In this document: positions 1-13,750 of the stretch, piece after piece
Layout: every line of letters begins with the position of its first letter
How positions within the stretch are numbered: the first letter of the stretch is position 1
From: Malacoraja senta
Lineage: Eukaryota
Assembly: GCA_038087875.1 (NCBI GenBank)
Contig: CM075987.1
Span: forward strand, 20,708,001-20,772,000
Direction of reading: 5' to 3'
DNA: 64,000 nucleotides
The notes under the pieces: model-generated
Seen by the model: only the letters and a program-made list of their open reading frames with translations
Databases searched by the model: none
Told to the model about the DNA's origin: nothing
Translations under genes and position numbers: made by a program

Positions 1-884
1 CTTGCTCATGGCGTTTTGCAATGTGCCAGTTGGTTTCTGCACTTCCTCTCTCCCCTATTTAACCGATCTATTGGTCATCAATTTCAGCTATCTTATCTTG
101 CTGTAAATTTACCCGATAATGCTTCTACCTAGAACACTGGGACACTTACAAGGCCAAAAGCATTATCCTGCCATAAGAGTAATATTTAGTGAGAAAATAA
201 TTCATAAGCACCACTGGACTGAGCTAACCTTTGCTCTCACTTCTAGAATCTACTTTTGTAACAAATTGATTCTAATCTGCTTTACCTTGCAATGCAATAA
301 TGTTGAAGAGATTACCACCTTCTTCTAAGAACTCATGATACAGTTATATTGCTCCACTGCTCTTTTCCTGTGAATAACAGTAACTGACTCATCCTTCCGC
401 GGGTTTCACTATTAATTTCCGTCAGCTGTATTCACTTCGATTTGTTGGCCGTGCAGATCGAAAGGCTTTCAAACAATTCATCTTCAATGAGTAATATTAG
501 AAAGCAATTCTAAAAACATTTAGTGTTAATGGAGGGAACCCTGTAAATTAATGATTCCCATGTCCTAAATCACTATCATATCAATTGCTGAATTGATTAA
601 TTGCAGATTTTGTGACTGTAATCAGTTGAAAGAGAGCATGTGGGACATGAATGAGACAATTACAGACTACAGCAATGTTGATCGAACAGCATGCTTTTAA
701 TTATCACTGGCAATTGCTGAGCAAGAAATAAAGTGATTGCTCAGTCTGTCGTCAAGGGCATGACTAATTCATTTGTCATCACAACGACAGCCAATTTGTA
801 GTCAGCCAAGTTTCTTTCCCACTTCTGAATGAAAAGGTCATGAGTTCATGTCTCACACCAGAGATTTAAAAGGTGATATTCCCA

Positions 885-1160
885 ACAAACTGTCAGAGAA
901 ATGAGATGCTAAATAGAGATCGAGACTGTTCAGGTGAATGGCTTGAAGATCACGATTTTGAAGAGGAATAGAGCAATTCTCCCAGCTGTCCGAGCCACTA
1001 TTTATCCCCGAAAAAACATAAATATTGAGTGGGTCATACTTGCATTGTGCTTCATTCACTGACATAGTGATTGCACTTCAGGTGCAATTCATTGGGTTTA
1101 AGACACCCTGGAATGACCCGAGACTGTGAAAGATGCAACAGAAAGTAAGATCTTTCATTC
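885..1160 (+). mobile_element. Ancient DeuSINE (SacSINE/AmnSINE-like) remnant
   Basis: Degenerate Deu-domain-like text (gagatgctaaatagag...caggtgaatg...gaagaggaatagagcaattctcccagctgtccgagccactatttatccc) followed by the typical tail (gcacttcagg...tgtgaaagatgc); recognised from memory. Confidence 0.55.
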
Positions 1161-1659
1161 CGAGTCTAATCTCGGAACTTTTACCTGGAATATTTAACTC
1201 ATTGCATTGCCTTGCATTTTTATTTTTGAATGATAGTCTTAGTTTTACTGGTTTACTTTAAAAAAAATGTGAACCCTTCCTACCCACTCGTTCCCACAGC
1301 CATCCTATTGCAGCCTCATAACCACCACTTCCTAATGCTGGTCTGTGACGAACATTTCAAATACACCACTTACAATACAACACCACCACTTCCAGTATAA
1401 TACCATACGATACGATAGTATTTATCCCAAAAGGAAATTAATCTGACAACAGTCATAGAACACAAAATACATGAAACATGAAATTAAAGTGATGAATCGA
1501 AAGGATTGGGGATGTGTAAAGATTGGGGAGGGGAGTCAGTTTTATTAACAGCTTCCCTGTCAATAGAATAGTGTTTGAGTGCAAAGGAAAGGGAGAAGCA
1601 GCTGCAGACAGCCATAAAAGGGAATCACACGCAAGGAAAAACAACTACAAGGAAGATGG

Positions 1660-2730
1660 TATTCATAGAGTCATACAGAATGGAAATAGGCCCATTGGCA
1701 CATGCTGGCCAAGAAGCCCCATCTAAGCCAGTCCCATGAGCCTGCATTAGGCCCACTTTTCCTATCCACGTACCTGTCCAAACGCTGTTATAGTACCTGC
1801 CGCAACTATCTCCTCTGGCTGCTCAGTCCATATACACACTGGGTAAAAAAGTTGCCCCTCGTGGGGCAATAAATCTTGCCCCTCTCACCATACACATCTG
1901 GTCTCCTGCTTTTGATTCCTCTACCTTGGGTAAAAGAAACAGTGCATTCACCTTATCTATTCCCCTCATGATTTTACACACCTTGTGATGACGCATCCAC
2001 CCGAAGGGCTGCTGCGCTCCGATCCCCGTCACCAGCAGACAGGCCAGGAGAAGCCACCGACCAACACCACGAACAGCGCCCGACTGCCGGTAAACAGCAG
2101 CACCAGGGACAGCGCTCTGGGCTGAGCCGAGGCCACAGCCAGAGGAGCAGCAGCTGCATCCAATTAGCCATCAACTCACCTGCACCTCGTCAGCCCCACT
2201 CCTTAAAAACCAAGGCAGATGCACAGCCACGGAGACAGAGAGAGCGGTGGACTCCCTACTAACCGTGCCTCTCTTTACAGGCTTGATGCAAGACTGAGCT
2301 GCCGGGACAGGCCCGAGACCGCCCACAGATGATGAGAGATTGTGCCCCCAAACAGACTTGGAACTGTTCCCAACTATCCCTTGCCCTGCATAACTCCATT
2401 AAAAATTCCTCCTCTCACCTTATAGCTTATGCCCTATAGTATTGGACATTTCCGCTCTGGGAAAAAAGTTCTAACTCTCATAATTTTATATATTTCTATC
2501 AAGTCCCCTCAACCTCTGATGTTCCAGAGAAAACAATCCAAGTCTATCCAAACTCTCCCCATAGCTGAAACCTTCTAATCCAGGCAGCATTCTGGTAAAC
2601 CTCCTCTGCACCTTCTCCAAAGCTTCCACATCTTTCCTGTAATGGGGCAACCAGAACTGCAATACTCCAAATGATGCCTTACCAAAGTCCTAAAGAGCTG
2701 CATCATGACTTCCTGACTCTTCTATTCAAT
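1660..2730 (-). mobile_element. CR1/HER1-type LINE 3' fragments, interrupted by a GC-rich insert (~1985-2405)
   Basis: Reverse frame resembles the CR1 ORF2 end (KIMRGIDKVNA..LLPKVEESK) plus the CR1 3' UTR. Confidence 0.75.
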
Positions 2731-3247
2731 GGTAGACACAAAATGCTGGAGTAACTCAGCGGGTGAGGCAGCATCTCTGGAGAGAAGGAATGGGCGACAT
2801 TTCGGGTCGAGAGTAAGACTAGTGGGAGAACTGGGAAGGGGAAGGAGAGAGAAAGCAAGGGCTATCTGAAGTTAGAGAAGTCAATGTTCATACCGCTGGG
2901 GTGTAAACTACCCAAGTGAAAGTGAGGTGCTGTTCCTCCAATTTGCACTGGGCCTTACTCTGACCTCATATTTTGCTTGGGTAGTTTACACCACAGTGGT
3001 ATGAACATTGACTTCTCCAACTTCTTCAGGTAGCCCTTGCTTTCTCTCTCCTTCCCACTAGTCTTACTATCTCTGCCTACATTCTATTTTTGTCCTGCCC
3101 CCTCCCCTGACTTCAGTCTGAAGAAGGGTCTCGACCCGAAACGTCGCCCATTCCTTCTCTTCATAGATGCTGCCTCACCCGCTGAGTTACTCCAGCATTT
3201 TGTGTCTACCGTTGATTTTACCAGCATCTGCAGTTCTTTCTTACATA
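2731..3247. mobile_element. Penelope-like element remnant with inverted (head-to-head) terminal arms, inserted in a CR1
   Basis: 2731-~2930 is the reverse complement of ~2963-3210; flanked by tcttctattcaatg / tcttatattcaatg; contains the CTGAAGA..GAAACGTC motif. Confidence 0.7.
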
Positions 3248-4967
3248 TCTTATATTCAATGACCCTAGCAACAAAGGCAAGCATGGTCATCTGCACATCA
3301 ATGATGTTAAGGGTCTTGCCATTAACTATATATTTCCCCATTACATTCAACCTCCTAAAGTGCCTTGCTTTTTGTTCGGGTTAAGCTCCAACTGCCATTT
3401 CTCTGCCCATTTTTGCAGCTGATCTATATCTTGCTGTATCTTCTGACTGTATCTGCTGTATCTGTGCCTTTCTCACGTGTATCAAGCCGTGCTGGCTATC
3501 CCTAATAAGCCCATTTTCATCCAAAAACACAGAAGAAAATGAGAAGGAAGAATTCACTGTTTTCAATTGATTAATAGATAGCGCAAGTGCAATATTATTG
3601 CCTCTTTGCTGGAGTGTCATCCCGGGTTGCTAACCCTTTCAATGCAATTTGGAATTCCCATCAGCAGAAGTGTCCAACAGATAGAACTCGCAGACCAATA
3701 GTTAGTCAAACAGCAAGCAAACAAATCAAGCCATCTGAACTCAAGCACATGAATTCTGTGCCTGGGACAAGTCCACAAGAATGAAACCAGGCAAAACCTT
3801 TACCGAGAAGACCTACCTGCAATTATTCCCAGAATTTTTGGATACAATGCTGGCAGCACTAGAACAGAATGATAAAATAAGGAGAAGCTGGAGAAGGAAG
3901 CAATGTTCATTGCTGACGTTATAGACAATAGTCAATAGGTGCAGGAGTAGGCCATTTGGCCCATTCAATGTGATCATGGCTGATCATCCCCAACCAGTAC
4001 CCTGTTCCTGCCTTCTCCCCATATCCCCTGACTCCGCTATCTTTAAGAGCCCTATCTAGCTCTCTCTTCAGAGTATCCAGAGAACCGGCCTCCACCGCCC
4101 TCTGAGGATTTGGGGATTTGGTGTAGTACATCTATGACAAAGGATTGTTAATTTAAAATCTGGGCAGATTGCAGGGAAGTTCAGTAAAATGTCTTAATGT
4201 AATGTTTTTGCAGAACAGAACTGATAGTTTGAGGGACAGATCATTAAATCTTGTAAGGAAAAAAAAATAGATAACAACTTGAAACAGAGGAAGAGACCTT
4301 GGAGGACATGTAGAGCAGCATGATTCATTTAGGGATGTTCAGGCAGAGAGCGGGCACAGAATCAATGGGTTAAATGGCCTCCTTAAAGCTGCTGTAAATT
4401 ATGATATTTGACATCTCAAAAGAGCTGACACACAAATTTATAAAATTACACAATGTCCTCAATAACTACTGTATGTGTAGTTCAAACTGAAACCATCAAA
4501 TCTGACCTAATTCTATTCCCAAGTCACATGTCAGTAATAGAATCTGATTTAAAGACTCTCTCCTTGACTAATTCCCCCCTCTGAACTTGGCAAGTTAATC
4601 TCACAAGAATATTGTCACCATCTAACCTTTAATAATGCTGCAGCAGCACTTGCTCCAAGTTAGGGATCTCTGTGTTACAACTCTTAGGATATAGTGGCTG
4701 TGTTCCCAAGGACGTATAGGCCAGGGAGACGTCTCACTTCTAAAATTAGCTTACAGCTGGAATGCATGCTGAGACCTGCACTGAAGCCAAGGTTAATTTT
4801 AGCTTCTTCAAGTTCTGATAGGGGGACCGCAGATCAGTGGCAACCACTTTGTGCCCTATTGGTTTGTAACAGCTGAAGGCGGAGGAGAAAGAAAATGTGG
4901 TTTAAAAAAAAAAAGGTATTGCAAACCCAAGTAATATCTGGCGGGAAACTCTGTTGTGCGTGTGTGT

Positions 4968-5495
4968 GGGTACCATATCTGAGGAAGGATGTGCTGGCTC
5001 TGGAGAGGGTCCAGAGGAGGTTTACAAGAATGATCCCAGGAATTAGTAGGTTAACCAATGATGAGCGTTTGTCGGCACTGGGCCTGTACTCGCTGGAGTT
5101 TAAAAGAAGGAGGGGGAACCTCATTGAAACATACAGAGTAGTGAAAGGCTTGGATAGAGTGGATGTGGAGAGGATGTTTCCACTAGTGGGAGAGTCTAGG
5201 ACTAGAGGTCATAGCCTCAGAATTAAAGGACGGTCTTTTAGGAAGATGAGGAGAAATGTCTTTAGTCAGAGAGTGGTGAATCTGTGTAAAGCTTTGCCAC
5301 AGAAGGCTGTGGAGGCCAAGTCAGTGGATATTTTTAAGGCAGAAATAGATAGGTTCTTGATAAGTACGGGTGTCAGAGGTTATGGGGAGACGGCAGGAGA
5401 ATGGGGTTCGGAGGGAGAGATAGATCAGCCATGATTGAATGACGGAGTAGACTTGATGGGCCGAATGGCCTAATTCTATTCCTATCACTTATGAC
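4968..5495 (+). mobile_element. CR1/HER1 LINE 3' end (ORF2 C-terminus + UTR)
   Basis: ORF 4895..5434: PYLRKDVLALERVQRRFTRMIPG...SRTRGHSLRIKG...FSQRVVNL. Confidence 0.92.
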
Positions 5496-7089
5496 CAGTG
5501 TTTCAGCATGAGGTATTGACCATGTTGTGTTGAGGTTGGGAGAAATTTCTCCACTGTGGATGAGGTGTTTGGAATTTTCTATCCCAGAATACCTTTGATA
5601 ATATTCAGGACATAATGAGAGTCAAGGGATGCAAGGATAGAGTGGGAAAATGCAGATAAGCCATCATTTTACAAAATGGTGGGGGGTTTATTCATGGGAC
5701 AAGACAGTTTATTTCTGTTTTAATATCAATAACGAGTTTAACATAATCCAACTGGCATTCTGCCCTTTGTTGAGACACTGAATGTGAGGAATATGATGGC
5801 CACAACCTTATCTTTATCAGACAACCACTTATAGACGTGTAGATCTGTGGATAGCACCACAAATTAGGAAACATGAGCACATTGCATGCATGACCCTTTG
5901 GACATTGCCAACTAGAATTGCAAATGAAAATAGAACTTGCTGGATATACCCAGCCGATTAGACAGCATCAGTGGAGGGAGAAATAATATATATTTCAGAT
6001 CAGTGACTGCATGAAAACTGGGAAAAGTCAGAATTCAAATTTGTCGAGAAGGTGGGAGGAACAAAGGCCCATAATGAGGTAGAGACCAAAAGACTGTGAA
6101 TGACATGAGTGGTGGTGGTTCTGACTGTGAGAGATCAGGGAAGGCTAGCAAACAGCTAATTGGTCTGAAGATAGGAGGAGATAAATGAAATGAAATAACG
6201 GTGGAATTATAATACACAAAATACTGCAGTTTCTGGAAATTTGAAATTAAAAAAATGCAGGAAGTACTCAGATCAGGCAAAGATTGTGGAGATAAACTTA
6301 TATGAAAAGTTAGAACATCGGAACAGCCCTTCTGTCCACACTGTCCTCGTCAAACCTCATGCCATGTTAAACTAATCTCCGTGCTTGAATGTAATTCATA
6401 CCCCGCCATTCTCTGTGCCAATCTCAAAGTCTCTTAAATACCACTATTGTACCTGCCTCCACCATCATCCCCAGGTGTGCAACGATACAATTACGGTGCT
6501 TGCTGTCTGAAATCGTTGAATTCAATTCAATGTTGATTCATGATCGTTCAAACATAGTTGGTCAAAAGGTGAGAAGATCTTCCTCGAGCTTACCTTGGGT
6601 TTTGTTAGCTCAATTGTAAAGGAGTCAGAGTGATATTTGGGTGAAAAATTCGAACAACAGAAACTGAAAGCTCATGATCACCCTTGGCGACTGGACAGAA
6701 TATTCTGCATTGGACTCACTAATCTTTGGTTTCTACAATGTAAAGGAAACAACACATTGAGCACCTTAGCTTTTACCCTCTATTCTTGTTATTGTTGGCG
6801 TGACGCTTACCATGTTAATGTTTTCATTCCTTTTTGTCCATCAAATGCAACAGCTGATCCGCTGGGTTTTTCCACCATTCGTTTTTAGCTCAGTTTTCCA
6901 GCAACTGCAGTATTCTGTGTCCCATAATCACAGCATGTTTCTCTCTCCGTGGATCTCATCCATGTTATTCTATTTACTTCTTCAGTTGGATCAGCTGTGA
7001 TAATTTATCATACTGCAATGAGAAAAGATTTATTAATAATTTGGTAGTTAAAGGATCTTTGGGGAAGAGTGATCATAATATGATATAAA

Positions 7090-8002
7090 TCTATATTATT
7101 ATAAAACTCTGATCTTGGATGTTTACTTATGGGTTTGCTTGCTTGCTCGAACTTTTTCTTTGATTCACATCTCCTCGAAAACCCGCCGTGGTAACGGTAA
7201 ATGTTTTACATATTCCGGTGGAGATTCACCTCATGATTTCAAAAATACCCTCATCTGAAAATTTGATTCATTATTTCCTGAGTTTTTTTTACTAAAATTG
7301 TTCACAAATCTGACATCTTTTAAAAATCTAACGTGCTGAAGCGAGCTGGATGACGTCACAATGCCTCTGAACCTCGCGGCAAGCTGCGCAGAATTTTCAA
7401 CGCGCTGCCTGCTGGGCACTGTTTTCCAGGAGTGACGTCACCACCCTCCCCTCCCCTCTACCCCCCTCCTCTCTCTCCCTCCCCTCTGCCCTCCTCCCCA
7501 CTATTCCCCCTCCTCCCCTCCACCCCCTCTCCCTCCATCCTCCTCTACCCCTCTCCCCCCTCCTCTCTCCCCTCTACTCTCTCTCCTACCTCCCTCCCCC
7601 TCGCCCCCCTCTACTTTCTCTCCCCCCTCCCTCCCTCCCCCCTCCCCACTCTCCTCTAACCCACCCTCTCCCTCCCCACTACCCCCCTCCACCCCCTCCC
7701 TTTCCCCCCCACTCCTCTCTCCCCCCTCTCCTCTCTCTCCCCCCTCTCTCCCTCCTCTCTCCCCCCCCTCTCCCATCCTCCACCCCCTCCCCCTCTCCCC
7801 TACACCCCCTCGCTTTCCCCTCCTCTCCCCTCTACTCTCTTCTCCCCCCTCTACCCCTCTACCCTCCCTCACCTCACTCCCCCTCTGCCCCCCTCCCCCC
7901 CGTGTGTGTGGGGGGTGGTTAGTGTGTGTGTAACGCCGCAGCCCCCCCCCCCGTAACCGCCGTTGAGGGGACGGGGGACCCAATGGATCCTCCTTGGTCT
8001 CG
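7090..8002 (+). mobile_element. Non-autonomous Helitron-like element containing a C/T low-complexity tract (7440-7900)
   Basis: Starts A|TCTATATTATTATAAAA; ends with an imperfect GC hairpin (ggggacccaatggatcctcc) followed by CTCG|T (CTAG variant); no TSD. Confidence 0.6.
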
Positions 8003-8179
8003 TGTCATATAAAAGTTGAAACCAGGTTTGTTTAAATCTGAAGCCGGATATAAATTACAAAAGTGTAAACTGGCTCTGGTACACATATAAATCTTGACAA
8101 ACCAAATGAGTAATTACAGTGTTAAGGTTAAATTCAATGAGAGCATATGTGGTTGTCTATATGGACCAGCAAGTTATTG

Positions 8180-8880
8180 GACAAGATACATGGAAATGCT
8201 GCTTTTGAGGGTTACATCACATGGGAGCCAGGGAGAGCTAACCAAGTGGTTAGAGATTTGGCTTCACGGAGGAAAGCAGAAAGTGATGATGGAATATTGA
8301 TTTCCTGACTGGAGGCCTATGATTAGTAAGATGCCTTTGGGAAACAGTGCTGGGCCACTTGCTGTTTGTGTTTTTTATCAATAATTTGGATGAAAATGTA
8401 CAAGGCATTATTAGTAAGTTTGCAGATCAGACTAAAGTGGGTGGTATCATGGATAGTGAAGATGGTTGTCAAAAGTTACAGCAGGATCTTGATCAGGCAA
8501 GGATTTTATTCCTTGGAGTGCAGGAGATTTAAGGGTGATCTTATAGAGGTGCATAAAATCATGAGGGGAATAAATCGGGTGAATGGACAGAGTCTTTTAC
8601 GCAGAGTTGGGGAATCACGAACCAGAGAACACAGGTTTAAGGAGGGAAGGGAAAGATTTAATAGCAACCTGAGGGGAAATGTTTTCCACACAGAGGGTTG
8701 TGGGTTTATGGAATAAGCTGCCAGATGAGGTCGTTGAGGAAACAACATTGAAAAGGCATTTGGACAAATACACGAGTAGGAAAGTTGAGCCAAATACAGG
8801 CAGGTGGCACTAGCATAGATGGGGCATCTTAGTCGGTTATGTGCAAGTTGGGCCGAAGGGGCTGTTTCCATACTGTTTTC
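8180..8880 (+). mobile_element. Degenerate CR1 LINE (RT fragment + 3' end)
   Basis: VLGHLLFVFFINNLDENVQGIISKFADQTK (degenerate FADD motif), GDLIEVHKIMRGINRV. Confidence 0.88.
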
Positions 8881-9489
8881 TGTAAGATTGCGTCACAGGG
8901 CCAATGAGGAAACTTACCCTGGCCAATGTGTAACTCCAGTCCAAGTCTATCTGACTGACACTGGCACAAGCATCCATCAATCTCTTCCCACAGTGGTATT
9001 GACTCACACCATCTCAACAGCTGTCTTGATTCACAGTCCCACTTTACCCGTTGCCACATCTATACTTTCAACAAAAGACATTTGTCCTTTCAGATATCGA
9101 AGGGTGCATTCTTCAACAGCTTCTGAATTCTAATATTCCTCTGGATTTTCTCTCGTTTCATTTTCCTCTGACCATTCTCTTTCCCTCTCAGTCCCACCCC
9201 TTGCTGCATTTTCATTATCCCTTCAATTCTTTACCGATTGTGAGCAATCAGTCTGAGATTGGCCAGAAGTCTTCTAAACCACCCTTTATTTACTCTAACC
9301 TATATTGTCTCTAAACTTGCAGTGGCTGCTTACTGAGGACCAACTAACAATTTCAAACCAGCTGACGGTCTGAACCAGCTGACAGTCTGAAGAAGGGTCT
9401 CGACCCGAACCGTCACCCATTCCTTCTCTCCAGAGATGCTGCCTGACCTGCTGAGTTACTCCAGCATTGTGACAAGGGAAGTGGTTTGA

Positions 9490-10980
9490 CAAACTAACTT
9501 CTACCTCACAAAGCCAACTCTCTGACACTTCCTCTTAATTTTTCTGGACCTTGCCTGACAACTGACCATCAGACCTTCATCTGCCTGGTGCCTGAGCTAA
9601 TTTTCTCAGATATTCTCTCTACAACCCCCAGCTTTGAAATCCCTCATCTTTACACAGCCTATTTCTACCTCCTCCCCAAATGCAGAAGTAGGATTGTCCT
9701 GGTAGACCCATTGTTTCAAAACGGTTCTTGTCCTACTGAACTTATTTCCTCTTACCTTGACTCTATTCCTTCTTTGGAGTTCAGTCCCTTCCCACTTCCA
9801 TCCATATGTCTGGTGTCCTCCACCACTTTAACAGTTTCCAATTTCATTTTTTCTCATATGGTATTCATAAATGTCATTGCTTCTGTAATTTATCACACTG
9901 CATCCGAGAAGGACTCCAATCTGTTCACCCAGTTTCTCAGGCTCTGTCATATCTGTATGATGACAAGATTTTCCACACATGAAATCGATGATGTTATCCT
10001 GCTTCCTTAATGTATCCATAGATGGTAGGGATCTCAATTGCATCTCCTCCATTTCTCACACGTCTGTCCTCTGCCACAGTCCTCCCACCCCGGAATATCT
10101 AACATTCCCTTTGTCCTTATCTTCCACCTGTCTCCACATTCAATGTATCATCCTCTAATTTCTGTCAACAAGATTCCACCACCAGAAACATTTTCTCCTC
10201 CCAACATTCCAGAGGAACTGTTCCTTCCGTGACTACCAGACCTTGCTCTTTCATTTCCACAAATAATCACATTATCACACCACCTTCCCATGAAACTGCA
10301 GTTGATGTAACACTTACCCTTGTACCTCTTCCAGGGGACCAAATAGTTCTTCAGGCGAAACAATAGTTCATTTGCTCTTCTTCCAATTTAACCATCCATT
10401 CAATGCTCACAGTTTGGTGTCCTCGATGATGGAGAAACCAAATATAGGCTGGATAACAGTTTTGCTGAACACATTTCTCCAGTTTACAAGGGACCCCCTC
10501 ATCTTCTAGTTGCTTGACAATTTAATTCTCCATCCAACTCCCCAATACTTTTTCAATGAAGCCCAACAGAAGCCTAGGGATAGCACCTCATCTTCCATCT
10601 AGGCATGTTGCAGCCCATTTGACTCAATATTACAGTTCAAAATTTCAGAGAGTCAGCCCAATTCATCCATGCTGACACATAACTAGCCCTTATCATTAAG
10701 AGTCTAGCACACGAGTTTGCATTCTTTTGTTTTTTTACCCTCATCAATCATTTCCCCCCATTAATGTAGCAACAAGACACCTGAGAATATTGTGACTGGA
10801 CAATCTTGTCTCCACCTTAGTTCTTTTCCCTTAGTTCTTTTCACTCCTCCTCCTCTCTGCAACTTGAAACACCTGTTTCTCACGTCTCTCAGTCTGATGA
10901 AGGGTCACTGACCTAAATACTATCTCTTTTTCTATCACCAGAGACCTGTTGAGCTTTTCCATTATTTTCTATTTTTAATT
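9490..10980 (+). mobile_element. Degenerate Penelope-like element (RT/GIY-YIG remnants and terminal repeat)
   Basis: FTQFLRLCHIC (PLE SQFLRLRRIC-like); ggagaaaccaaatataggctggataacagttttgctgaacac (GETK.RL.D.FAEH); ends in tctgatgaagggtcactgacc. Confidence 0.65.
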
Positions 10981-13469
10981 ATACTTGCTTGAATCCCAAT
11001 GCCACCTTTGAGATTCAGAGATGGGGAAAAAAAGTTTCGCAGAACAGAATAGCGGAAAGATGTGTAATAAGCAGGATCGATCAAATGGTAGAAGGGATCA
11101 TCATCTAAGGCAAAATTAGGTGGTAATGGAGCAAGTAAGGACGTACAAGATGGGTTTGGATCAGGCTCAAGTGGTTATAACAAAATGGTGACAATTCCTT
11201 TCCCCCCCCACCCCCCCCCCCATAGATGCTGCTTGGCCCACTGAGTTCCATCAATAGCTTGTTTTTTCCCCTCCAGTTTACAGCATCTGCAGTCTCCTGT
11301 ATTTCCAAGTTACCCGCACCTGCTTCCTAAAAGATGGAGCAGTGGTATAATCTAAAATTGTTGAGTCACATGTACCTTAACCAGTAAATGTGACAATAAA
11401 CTGACCTTGAAACCTTGAAATGCTCTGAAGAAAATGCGCAATTGAAGTACAAGTTGCTACGCCTTAAACGTTTAAGTTTAAAACAAACAGCATATTCTTG
11501 TTCAGTAGCCCCTTGGGATTTAGGATTGACATGTTTCTACTTCATTTTTGCAGGTTCCAAAGTGATTGGTGAGGTCAGTGTAAGAAATGACTGACACAGA
11601 CGCAGCATAAAGTGGCCGGTGTACTTCTTCTACTATTTCCGATGAATTTCTATGCTCTTGATTATCTGAACTTTGAGGTTCTCAATTAAATCCCAACTTT
11701 GAGCAGTGAGGTGCCAGGGATTCCCCGGCCAGTGGGATGTAACACTTTTTCAAGGAGGTTTTGAGCACATCCTTGAATCATTCCCATTTTTGCTCGGTAG
11801 TCTCTTTCTATGGCAGCCGCAGGACTCTGAATGTCTGGAACAGGCCATTCTCTTCATCTCTACCATTGCTCTCTATCTCACAATACCCTTAATTTTAAAC
11901 TTGAATTCAATCTTAAATTAAAAGACAACATCTGATCATTTTATTTCTGCTGCTCAAGAGGTTGTGCACAAATATACAACAAAGAAATTCATTGTTCCCT
12001 TTCAGGACATATGGCAATAACACTCTGGACTCTAAACTACATTACATTTCACTGCACCTTATGCTGCATGTGACAAATACATTTGAAATTGCCCCATTTC
12101 CTATGTTAGTATAACGATTCAAATTCAAAATACTTTGTTGGTTAGAAAGTCCTTTTAGGACTAAGGGAGGTTTGGAAATCTGCTGCAGCAAAGCAAGACT
12201 TGGGATTTTATTTATCTTCACCCATAAATAACATGCACTGTAAGTGCTTAAGAAAGGTTGTCCTGTTGAACAGAATGTAAATTAACAGATTCTTTAACAA
12301 ATGTCAGAGAATGCATATCCTTCATGACATCTAATTTGCAGCAATCAACCACATTCTGCTAGAACGTGACTCACAGATGAAGTGGTGCAAATTGATATGA
12401 GTTTCACATCCTTATAATGCAAGAGGCAAGCTTGTAAAAGGTGTTGGACAGAACAGACAGTAACATTCTCAACCACCTTCAAACTAATTTAACACCACTG
12501 TCCAACAGCTTCTATCTTGGAATAGCATACTTCCTGATTCTGTGCCCACAAGATCTTGTTCCATCAGCTAGTTTCACATCAAGCTATTGGCCTTTACAGG
12601 CACTTGAACAGATTATATGGCTCTATTTTTGCAATAATGTCATTTTTAGTGCTTTTTTTGTGGGCTGTCTGTCCTTTTGCATTCATTCATATTGTGCCTT
12701 TTAATGTAGTAAAACATCCTAAAACATTTCACAGGAGCATTGTCAAACAAAATTTGCCAGTCACATAAGGAAAGAAGTAATACATTTTTACTACTATCTA
12801 TTGAAGTGACCTAAACCTTAGTCAAAAGATAAAAATAAAAAAAATAAAAATGGTGGAAATACTCAGCATCTGTGGGAATAGAAACAGTCAATGTTTCAGG
12901 TCGAATTCCTTTCATGAAAATTGAAAAGAAGACAGAAGACACTTGCAAAGATGCAGGAATTGGGACAAGCTGTAAACAAGGTCTTCCGGTGAATGAGTGA
13001 ACAGGGGCAGTTTGTTGAGAACTTAGACAAAAGAACCTGGACAAAAAATGTAGGAGTTGCTAAATGCAGAGCAAGAGGGTAAGTCAAGCAAGGCAGCCCA
13101 GGCATGCCCTCCACTCAAGAGTGGAAAACAAACAGTGAGCCAACAATACACACGGATGACTGACAGACTGAGAACTCCAAGAAGTACCTTGAGGAATAGC
13201 ACCTCACCTTTCATCACCTAGGCACGTCGCTGCCTTCTGGATTCAATATTGAGGTCTCCAACTTCATGCAAGTTGATTTTTCCTTTTCAGTTCTAATGAA
13301 GAGGTTCCAACCTGAAGCGTTAACTCTGTTTAACTTCCCACAGATACTGCCTGACCTACTAAGCATTATTTGTTTACATTTCCAGTATCTGCAGTTCTTT
13401 TCCCCCCAACTTTAATTTATGTTGCTGGTGTGTGGCAATTCAGATTGAAATGTTGAAAGATTCTGCTTG

Positions 13470-13750
13470 GAAAGAAGCCATTCAGCCACCCGAGTCCCAC
13501 ACCGACCATCTATGTTATCCCACTCTCACATCCAGTCTCAACACCCTCCGGGCAATCTTATAGAGGCAAATATACCTCCGAACCTACACACCTTTGGGAT
13601 GTGGGATGTGGGAACCGGAGCACCCGGAAGAAACCCACACAGTCATAGTGAAAACATACAAACTCCACACGAGCCCTGGGGTCAGGATCAAACCTGGGTC
13701 TCTGGAGCTGAGGCAGCAGCTCTACCATCTACACCACTATGCCGCCCTTC
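13470..13750 (-). mobile_element. HE1/V-SINE-type tRNA-derived SINE
   Basis: tRNA-like head (ccagagacccaggtttgatcctgac) and V-domain-like core on the minus strand. Related copies at ~15700-16000(-), 26360-26700(-), 28790-28990(-), 40380-40620(-), 60870-61130(+). Confidence 0.75.

Noticed and set aside
7432-7983. Pro-rich and Gly/Glu/Arg-rich ORFs
   Set aside because: Translations of a C/T low-complexity tract
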